A DNA stretch of 64,000 nt, taken from an uncultured Actinomycetes bacterium. Lineage in GTDB: Bacteria; Actinomycetota; Thermoleophilia; Gaiellales; Gaiellaceae. The stretch lies in contig CAVZNV010000023.1 of the NCBI GenBank assembly GCA_963776735.1, positions 15,080 to 79,079 of the forward strand, read 5' to 3'. Under the pieces are notes generated by a model. The model made no database searches. It saw only the letters and a program-made list of their open reading frames with translations, and was not told where the DNA came from. This document shows, in pieces, positions 29,625 to 36,549 of the stretch (position 1 is its first letter; each line of letters starts with the position of its first letter). The position numbers and the translations under genes are program-made.

Positions 29625-30748
29625 TAGAGAAGCCGGGCCGGATCGAACAGCTCGAGGTCCGGCGCGTCGCGGCCGAGGATTGCGTTCGCGACCAGCTCGC
29701 CGCACATGAACCCGAGCACCATCCCGTGCCCCGAGTAGCCCCCGGCGACCCAGAGACCGTCTTCGCCCGGCACAGGCCCGACGACCGGCATGAAGTCCGG
29801 CACGAGCCCGAACAGCCCGGCCCAGCGGTGCGTGACGACGACGGGCCAGCCGACGAGGTCGGACACGAAGCCGTCGAGTGCCGCCTGGATCTCCTCTGTC
29901 GTCTCCTCGTTGGTCGTGAACTCGGTCGCGAGCGACGTGTCGCGGAAGCCGCCGGCCAGGATGCGCCCGTCCTCCCGCTGCTGCCAGTAGTCGAAGCCGT
30001 GGCGGCTGTAGTGCGGGCAGTCGAAGAGGCGCTCGGGGATCGGCTCGGTGGCGACCATCTGCGCCCGCGTCGGGATGATCGAGCCCTCGAGCGGGCCGAG
30101 CAGCCCGCTGGGGTAGCCGTCGGTGCAGACGACGACCTGCTCGGCGTCGAGCTCGTCCCGCGAGTCGACGCGGCTGCCCTCGCGGATGTCGGCACCCGCC
30201 TCGGCTGCAAGCGCGGCGAGACGTCGCGTCCAGCGCGCCGGCTGCAGCGCGCCGTCGCCCGGGTGGAAGATCGCCGCGGTGAACGTCGCGTCGAGCGGGT
30301 GCTCGAGCCGGTCGCGCCATTCGACCTCGAACCCGTCCTCGCGTAGCAGCTCGTACTCGGCGCGGAGACTCTCGCGCTCCTCGTCGTCTGCGGCGAGGCG
30401 CAGGCTCCCCGTGCGGACGAGTGCGTCGCCGCCGAGCACGGCCATCCGGTCGAGAGCCTGCTCGGTCGCGCGCCAGTACGACGCCGTTCGCTCTCTTCCG
30501 ATCGCCTCGGCGGTGACGTCGTACGACGCCGCACCGCCGCGCAGCGCGAAGCCGCCGTTGCGTCCGCTCGCGCCCCAGCCCACGGCGCGCGCGTCGTAGA
30601 GACGCACCCTCTTGCCGGCTTCGGCGAGGGCGCGGGCGCACGCACAGCCCGTGACACCGCCGCCGACGATCGCGACGTCGACGGGCCCGTCCAGCCTCCG
30701 GTCGAGCCGCTCCGGGAACGGCTCCTCCAGCCAGTACGTCGAGCTCAC
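29624..30748 (-). CDS. FAD-dependent oxidoreductase (DAO / glycine oxidase-like)
   Basis: N-terminal dinucleotide fold VAIVGGGVTGCACARALAEAG, then SGRNGG. DAO-family length and layout. Confidence 0.85.
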   Translation of the reverse strand: MSSTYWLEEPFPERLDRRLDGPVDVAIVGGGVTGCACARALAEAGKRVRLYDARAVGWGASGRNGGFALRGGAASYDVTAEAIGRERTASYWRATEQALDRMAVLGGDALVRTGSLRLAADDEERESLRAEYELLREDGFEVEWRDRLEHPLDATFTAAIFHPGDGALQPARWTRRLAALAAEAGADIREGSRVDSRDELDAEQVVVCTDGYPSGLLGPLEGSIIPTRAQMVATEPIPERLFDCPHYSRHGFDYWQQREDGRILAGGFRDTSLATEFTTNEETTEEIQAALDGFVSDLVGWPVVVTHRWAGLFGLVPDFMPVVGPVPGEDGLWVAGGYSGHGMVLGFMCGELVANAILGRDAPDLELFDPARLL

Positions 30749-31377
30749 GCCGTCCGCTCGTACAGCTCGACGAGCGCGGCTCTCGGATCGTCGTCGATGT
30801 AGCCGCCGTGCGACAGACAGAGGAGGTCGATCTCGAGGTCGAGCAGGCTCGCCAGGCTGTCACGGGAGATACCGGCACGGAGCCGGGTGTGGTCTTCGGA
30901 GAGCTGGAGCGGGCCCGACGAGTCGCGGCGCGTGACGAGATCGCCGATGAAGAGGATGTTCGGCTCCCCCGGCCGGTAGAGCGAGTAGTGGTCGTACTCG
31001 GGGCCGGGGGTCCGGATCGCCCGGAAGTCCGCCGGTAGGTGGGTGCCTTCGACGTAGTGCTGGTCGGGCTCGGTGAGCAGGCCCCACGACCCGCGAGGCG
31101 CGACGACGCGCGCGCCGTGCTCGAACCTGTAGCGCCACGAGGCGCGCTGGTGGCAGCCTCGGGTGAGCAGCGCATACGACACCGCGGGGAACCGGTCGGC
31201 GGCCGCGTAGGTCATCGGGAGCGGGTCGACGAAGATGACGCCCGCCCGCGTGTAAACCGAGTACGAGTCGCTCTGAGCGCCTCCGATCCGCTCGTCGGAG
31301 ACAGACCAGTGCTCGGTCGCCTCGGCGATCGACCGCGTCCTCTGCGCCCGTTCGGTCGGCTCCTTCACGCCGATCAT
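30745..31377 (-). CDS. MBL-fold-like protein with degenerate metal-binding motif
   Basis: C-terminal ...LLCLSHGGYIDDDP resembles the MBL fold. The position of HxHxDH reads TRGCHQRAS. ATGA overlaps at both ends. Confidence 0.5.
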   Translation of the reverse strand: MIGVKEPTERAQRTRSIAEATEHWSVSDERIGGAQSDSYSVYTRAGVIFVDPLPMTYAAADRFPAVSYALLTRGCHQRASWRYRFEHGARVVAPRGSWGLLTEPDQHYVEGTHLPADFRAIRTPGPEYDHYSLYRPGEPNILFIGDLVTRRDSSGPLQLSEDHTRLRAGISRDSLASLLDLEIDLLCLSHGGYIDDDPRAALVELYERTA

Positions 31378-32372
31378 CCTAGGGGCCGGGCGAGCCGAAA
31401 GAAACCGTCTCTTTCGGACACGGCTCCGGCGAGCTCGAGCTCCGTCAGGGCTGCGGCGAGCGCACCCGGGTCGAGCTCGAGCGCGCGCGCGAGCGCGTCC
31501 GCTGGCAGCGGCTCGGCCTCGAGCCGGGCGAGGACGAGGGCCGCTGTCTCCCCCAGCCCGGCCGCGACGACGACGGGCTGCTCGGGCTCGATGCCGAACG
31601 TCTCGAGCACGTCCGCGATCGCGGTGAGCGGTGTCGCGCCGTTCCGGAGCAGCCGGTTCGAGCCGACCGAGAGCGAGGAGGTGATCTCGCCCGGCACCGC
31701 GAACACCTCGCGCCCCTCCTCGAGCGCGAGGTCGGCGGTGATCAGCGCGCCGCTCCGCTCGCGCGCCTCGACGACGATCGACGCCTGCGCGAGTCCCGCG
31801 ACGATGCGGTTCCGAGCGGGAAAGCGCCACGGAGCCGGCTCGACACCGGGCGCGTATTCCGACACCACCAGGCCGCGCTCCCCGATCCGGGCGGCGAGCT
31901 CCGCGTGCGCCGCGGGGTAGTCGCGGTCGACGCCGCAACCGAGGACTGCGACGGTCAGCCCTCCCGCGTCGAGCGCGCCCCGGTGGGCATGGCCGTCGAC
32001 GCCGCGCGCGAGGCCGCTGACGACGACGAGCCCGGCGGCGGCGAGTTCGCGGCCGAGCATCCGCGCGACGTCGGCGCCGTAGGCGGAGCAGCTGCGGGCA
32101 CCCACGACGGCGACCGAGGGACGATCGAGCATCGCGAGCTCGCCCCGCCCGCGGACGAAGAGGCCTGCCGGCGCGTCGAAGATCGCGGCCAGCGCCGACG
32201 GGAACTCCCTCGCCGAGCGCGGCAGCCAGCGCAGGCCGCGTTGCTCGAGGCCGGCAAGGTACGCGCGCTCGTCGAACTCGCGCCGGAAGCGCGCGAAGCG
32301 ATCGCTCCGTGGAGCCTCGAGCACGTGCGAGTCCGTGTGCGCGGCGAACGCGGCGAGGGCGAGCTCGCTCAC
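31374..32372 (-). CDS. dprA: DNA-processing protein DprA
   Basis: Rossmann-like DprA core (VVGARSCSAYG, VVSGLARGVDGHAHRGAL, RNRIVAGL, SGALITADLALEEGREVFAVPG). GTGA overlap with the comM 3' fragment. Confidence 0.85.
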   Translation of the reverse strand: MSELALAAFAAHTDSHVLEAPRSDRFARFRREFDERAYLAGLEQRGLRWLPRSAREFPSALAAIFDAPAGLFVRGRGELAMLDRPSVAVVGARSCSAYGADVARMLGRELAAAGLVVVSGLARGVDGHAHRGALDAGGLTVAVLGCGVDRDYPAAHAELAARIGERGLVVSEYAPGVEPAPWRFPARNRIVAGLAQASIVVEARERSGALITADLALEEGREVFAVPGEITSSLSVGSNRLLRNGATPLTAIADVLETFGIEPEQPVVVAAGLGETAALVLARLEAEPLPADALARALELDPGALAAALTELELAGAVSERDGFFRLARPLG

Positions 32373-32953
32373 GCGGACTGGAGCTCCGTCGGAGTGCGGT
32401 ACGAGAGCGCTTCCGAGACGTGTTCGGGCAGGACGTCCGCCGTCCCGGCCAGGGCCGCGATCGTCTGGGCGGTGCGGGCGACTCGGGCACGCCCGCGGCC
32501 GGAGAGAGGAAGCCGCTCGACCGCGCGCGTGAGCAGCTCGTCGGCCTCGGCCGTGCGCAGAGGCAACTTGCCGCGGAGCCGCTCACGCGCTGCGCAGACG
32601 CGCTCGCGTACCGGCGCGGAGGCTTCGGACGGCCCGGCTGCGAGCTCGGCCCCGCGCGGACGCGGCACGGTGACGACGAGGTCGAAGCGGTCGAGCAGAG
32701 CGCGCGAGAGCTTGTTCCGGAAGGCGGCGAGCCGCTGCGGCGAGCATGCGCACTCGGCGGCCGGATCGCCGCGCGCCCCGCAGGGGCACAGGTTCATCGT
32801 CGCAACGAGCTGGAACCGCGCCGGGTACAGCGCCTGGCCGGCGGCCCGCGCGACGCTGACGATGCCGTCCTCCAGCGGTTGCCGCAGCGACTCCAGCGCC
32901 GGCCGCATGAACTCGGGCAGTTCGTCGAGCAACAGGACGCCGCGGTGGGCCAG
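32369..32953 (-). pseudogene. comM: comM (YifB/Mg-chelatase-like ATPase), 3' fragment
   Basis: Encodes LAHRGVLLLDELPEF...LRQPLEDG...NLCPCG...RFDL (Walker B onward). An in-frame TGA at 32957-32959 lies just upstream. Confidence 0.85.
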
Positions 32954-32974
32954 CGTTCAGGAATGTCGCTTGAG
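32946..32974 (-). repeat. module-tail repeat, copy 1 (abuts comM 3' fragment)
   Basis: TGGGCCAGCGTTCAGGAATGTCGCTTGAG, 25/29 identical to 33415-33443. Confidence 0.8.
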
Positions 32975-32996
32975 ACTCGTGAGGTGTCGTAGGCGC

Positions 32997-33344
32997 TCAA
33001 AGGACGGGGCAATCGGTGAGCGACGAGACTTTCAGCGTGTTGCCGCCTACACGGTCGCCGATACCGAGCGTGAGGCAACCAAGCCGATCGCCGTTCCCGT
33101 TTGTGACGAGCCACCAGCTCGTCCCGTCTCCGTAGTCGTGGGCGGTCACGGAGACGCCGGGCGGCAGGTACTTGACGTACCGAAACCGGTCGCACGCTGA
33201 CGTGCGGCAATCGCGAACGACAACCGCGGTCGTTGTGTCGTTCCGCAGCGCTATCGTCCACGTCCCGTCCTCCCGGTTCAAATCACAGCCAGCGGCCGCC
33301 CAAACGAGAGCAAGCAAGGCCACACACCCGGTGATCGCGCGCAT
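32997..33344 (-). CDS. small lipoprotein, unknown function (cargo of comM insert, module 1)
   Basis: MRAITGCVALLALVWAAAGC lipobox, Cys-rich 115 aa, same strand as comM. Confidence 0.6.
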   Translation of the reverse strand: MRAITGCVALLALVWAAAGCDLNREDGTWTIALRNDTTTAVVVRDCRTSACDRFRYVKYLPPGVSVTAHDYGDGTSWWLVTNGNGDRLGCLTLGIGDRVGGNTLKVSSLTDCPVL

Positions 33345-33414
33345 GGGTTAGTTGTACGCCACCTCGCTAGTCAGCGCATCGCCAGAACAGGCGATCAGGC
33401 GGGAAGGGTCTCGG

Positions 33415-33443
33415 ATGGGCCAGCGTGCGGGAATGTCCCTTGA
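33415..33443 (-). repeat. module-tail repeat, copy 2 (between the two modules)
   Basis: TGGGCCAGCGTGCGGGAATGTCCCTTGAA. It sits 31 nt past the stop of the 240-aa ORF, in the same relative position as copy 1. Confidence 0.8.
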
Positions 33444-33473
33444 AGTAGTCCGCTGTCCGACCGGGGCGTGCTT

Positions 33474-34196
33474 CTAGCCGCCAGCAGCCCAGCCTTGGAA
33501 GGGTGAGAGCGAGCGTCCCGGCGGATCGAGAGTGCCTGCGGTGAAGTTCCAGTAGCCGGGGCCAAACATCACCCGACGCACGATGATCCGCTGGGCGCGT
33601 GCCCTTGCCCATTCGAGGGCCTCTGACAAGCGGACGCCGTCAACTTGCTCGATCACCGTCGCGTCGAGTTCGGTGAACTTCTCGACTTGTTGATGCGGGT
33701 TGTACTCGAGCAGTTGCCCCGAGTACATGCGCGTGCCGATCCGACGCTCCGGCGTCCACTGCTCTGTGACGTGGACGTAGCCTCCGTAGCGGCGCTCAGT
33801 CTCCGGCTCGCGCTGTCCGACTGTCGCGATGTGTGTCGGCCAGCGAGGGATGTCCGCCGTCTCGTCGCAGAGTTCCCCGGCCTCAAACTGCTGTTCGGGT
33901 TCCTCGTCGTCGTCTGCGTGTTTATCCGTGATTACGTTCACGTAGACGTAGGGGGCACGCTGACGACCCCACGTGATCGCGTCTCCGACGTCATCGAAGT
34001 ACGGCCCGGTGATGTCGGATCGCCCCTCGGCGTCGGCCACGAGCCAATAAGTGCCGAACTTCCCTTCACTGGCTTCGTAGGCGAACTCGTACGCCGATTC
34101 GCTTTCGACGCGTGCCAGACCACTGACCAACCGATACCCCTCGGCGATGACAACAAGGCGCTCGCCCATCGACCCGAAACCATAGAGCGAGGGCAA
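33474..34196 (-). CDS. acidic hypothetical protein (cargo of comM insert, module 2)
   Basis: 240-codon ORF (TTG 34196; alternative ATG 34169), GC3-rich, no signal peptide, no family recognised. Possible internal two-domain duplication. Confidence 0.55.
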   Translation of the reverse strand: MPSLYGFGSMGERLVVIAEGYRLVSGLARVESESAYEFAYEASEGKFGTYWLVADAEGRSDITGPYFDDVGDAITWGRQRAPYVYVNVITDKHADDDEEPEQQFEAGELCDETADIPRWPTHIATVGQREPETERRYGGYVHVTEQWTPERRIGTRMYSGQLLEYNPHQQVEKFTELDATVIEQVDGVRLSEALEWARARAQRIIVRRVMFGPGYWNFTAGTLDPPGRSLSPFQGWAAGG

Positions 34197-34242
34197 CGGT
34201 CAGTAGTCGTGGTTCCGCCTGATCGCGCCAAGTTCCTGGCGA

Positions 34243-35142
34243 CTACGCCATGGCCTGCGCGAGGCTCGCCTCGCCCGGCCTCGGCCCGGGGCCACCACCG
34301 ACGATCGCCGCCGTCGAGGCAGAGTGGTGCGGCGCTCGAAACGGCGGCTCGTCGATCAGCGGTCGTCCCGGCTGGAGCGTGCCGGCAACGGAGTGGATGC
34401 GCGTCACCTCCAGCGCTTCGTCCGACGCGAGCGGCGGCAGGATCCCCGGCAATCGGCGGGCGAGCATCGTCTTCCCCGTCCCCGGCGGCCCGGCGAACAG
34501 CAGGTTGTGCGATCCGGCGGCTGCGATCTCGAGCGCTCGGCGGGCGCGTTCCTGACCACGGACGTCGGCAAGGTCGGGATGGACGCGGCGCGGCCCGTTG
34601 CCGTTCGCGGGCGCCGAGTACGGCGGGGGTTCGCCCTCGCCGCGCAGATAGGCGACCGCCTCGGCAAGGTGCCGCAGAGGCACTGCGTCGACGCCGGCCA
34701 GCTCGGCCTCCGGGGTCGACTCGGCGGCGCAGAGGAGCCGCGTGAAACCGGCTCGTCGCGCGCCTTCGGCAGCCGCGAGGACGCCGCCGACGGGCCGGAT
34801 GCGCCCGTCGAGCGCAAGCTCGCCGAGCGCCGCGTGCCCCGCCAGCGCCGTCGCCGGGATCTGCCGCGAGGCGGCGAGAATCGCAAGGGCGATCGGCAGG
34901 TCGAAGCCCGAGCCCTCCTTCCGCAGCCCGGCCGGAGCGAGGTTGACGGTGATCCGCCGAACCGGCCACTCGAGCTCGGCCGACGCGATGCCGACGCGGA
35001 CGCGCTCCTTCGCCTCCTGGCAGGCGCGGTCGGCAAGCCCGACAATCGCGAACCCGGGGACGCCGAGCTGGAGGTGCGCCTCGACCTCGACGCGGCGCGC
35101 CTCGAGGCCGACGAGCGCATGCGTGACCGTCCGCGCAAGCAC
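34243..35142 (-). pseudogene. comM: comM (YifB/Mg-chelatase-like ATPase), 5' fragment
   Basis: Lon-protease-like N-domain plus AAA+ Walker A (LLFAGPPGTGKTMLA), ending ...RPGEASLA. It then reads QAMA-stop into the insert. Confidence 0.85.
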
Positions 35143-35191
35143 GGGTCGACCGTAGCCCGGACTTCGTGACGTGTCTGTGCCGGTTTTGCGC

Positions 35192-36319
35192 CTATTCGGG
35201 CACGGCGACGAGCACGTCCTCGAAGTACTCGCCGGCCCGGCGACCGGTACGGCGGTTCACGTGCCTCCGCAGCCGTCCGCGGAGCTTCAGCCCGGCCTGC
35301 GACAGGATCCCCGGATAGAGCTCGCGGCGGTCGTTGACGACGATCAGCAGCGGCGCGCCCGGGTGGAGCGCGTCTGCGGCACGGCGCAGTGTCGCGGCGA
35401 TTCCGTCGCAGTAAGCCGCCAGCGACGCCTTGCTCGTCCCGCCGGCAGCAGCGCCGATCTCGTGCTCGCGCCGGTCGTCCAGGTCGAGTAGCTCGTAGGC
35501 GTAGCGGTGCTGCTCGTGGTAGTCGATCAGACCCGGATAGGGCGGCGAGGTGATGACCGCGTCGAAGCGGCCGTCCCAGTCGAGCTCGCGCGAGTCGCCG
35601 TGCCGGACGAGTGCCTCCCGACCTCGGGCGCGCACGCGCGCGAACGCCTTGATCCGTGCCAGCGTGTCGAGCGCGTAGCGGCTGAGGAAGTGGGAGGCGT
35701 GGTCGACGGGCCGGCACTCGCGCCGGTGCTTGTGGCACCAGTACGGCTCGAGCTGCGGCGTCCGCGGGAAGTCGAGGTCGAAGTGTGTGGTCAGCCGGGC
35801 CGACCGCGCGGCGCGCGCGAGCACGACGCGCATGACGTCGGCGTGCTCGTACTCCTCGAGCAGCGTCCGCCAGCAGAGCAGGTCGGCGGCCGCCTGCGGA
35901 GCGAACCACTGTCCGACGTAACCGTGTCCGAGGGACAGTCCCTCGGACGTGTCCGGACCGGACGCGATGCGCCGGACTGCGTCGCGCAGCTCCTTCTCGA
36001 GGACGAACTCGTTGTACCGAGCAGTCTTGACCCGCATGAGCAGGCAGTTGAACGCAGCCAGGTCGGCGCCGGCCGCGTCATGACCGGACTCGAGCGCCTG
36101 CACGAGCGTCGTCCCCGAGCCGGCGAACGGGTCGAGGGCGCTCCCGCCGGGCGCGACGTACCGGTCGAGCAGCACCTCGACGAGCTGCGGAATGAACTTG
36201 CCCAGGTACGGATGGAGCCGGTGAACGTGCTTTGTCCGCTCCCGCTCCGGTAGCTGCCCCTCCGACCACGACAGGTCGAGGTCGATCTTCGCGTAGAGCG
36301 CGCTTTGAGTGTGCGCCAT
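35192..36319 (-). CDS. site-specific DNA methyltransferase (N4/N6 amino-MTase; motif I precedes SPPY)
   Basis: HPYLGKFIPQLV...LDPFAGSGTTLVQA (AdoMet motif I) lies N-terminal and DAVITSPPYPG (motif IV) C-terminal. No adjacent endonuclease ORF. Confidence 0.85.
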   Translation of the reverse strand: MAHTQSALYAKIDLDLSWSEGQLPERERTKHVHRLHPYLGKFIPQLVEVLLDRYVAPGGSALDPFAGSGTTLVQALESGHDAAGADLAAFNCLLMRVKTARYNEFVLEKELRDAVRRIASGPDTSEGLSLGHGYVGQWFAPQAAADLLCWRTLLEEYEHADVMRVVLARAARSARLTTHFDLDFPRTPQLEPYWCHKHRRECRPVDHASHFLSRYALDTLARIKAFARVRARGREALVRHGDSRELDWDGRFDAVITSPPYPGLIDYHEQHRYAYELLDLDDRREHEIGAAAGGTSKASLAAYCDGIAATLRRAADALHPGAPLLIVVNDRRELYPGILSQAGLKLRGRLRRHVNRRTGRRAGEYFEDVLVAVPE

Positions 36320-36517
36320 AGTCCTCTCTCAGTTCGTCGAGACTGAAGAGGACCCCTTCTTCGACTCGTGGCCGAAGGACCCTTCTAGGTCACGTCCTGG
36401 TCCGTTGCTTGACCGCGGCTCGGCGAGTCAAATCCGCAGTCAGATCCTCGGAGCGAGTGCCGGGCTCGGCCCGGTACTCGCACGCTCAGGACGCATGACC
36501 GACTAGGAAACGGGGCT

Positions 36518-36546
36518 CACGGGGGAAACCGGCCGTTTCCCCCGTG
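36518..36546 (-). terminator. stem-loop immediately downstream of htpX
   Basis: CACGGGGGAAA-7 nt loop-TTTCCCCCGTG, 11-bp perfect stem 3 nt past the htpX stop. The T-tract is weak. Confidence 0.5.
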
Positions 36547-36549
36547 CTG

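Noticed and set aside
33345-33414. Module-1 leader as a decayed duplicate of the comM sequence that follows the insertion point
   Set aside because: Beyond the shared CTGGCCCA, hand alignment gives only patchy matches (for example CGCCTGTTC versus CGTCCTGTTG at a different offset). That is not distinguishable from chance in GC-rich DNA without a proper alignment.
32946-33443. Integron attC sites at the module tails
   Set aside because: There are no R''/R' core sites (RYYYAAC / GTTRRRY) and no extended imperfect palindrome conserved between the two copies. No intI gene lies nearby. Only the cassette-like organisation is similar.
32946-34260. Intein, group II intron or IS element as the explanation for the comM interruption
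   Set aside because: Stop codons lie on both sides, so there is no continuous intein frame and no intein or HNH blocks. No reverse transcriptase or intron domain V-like structure was noticed. There is no transposase and there are no terminal inverted repeats.
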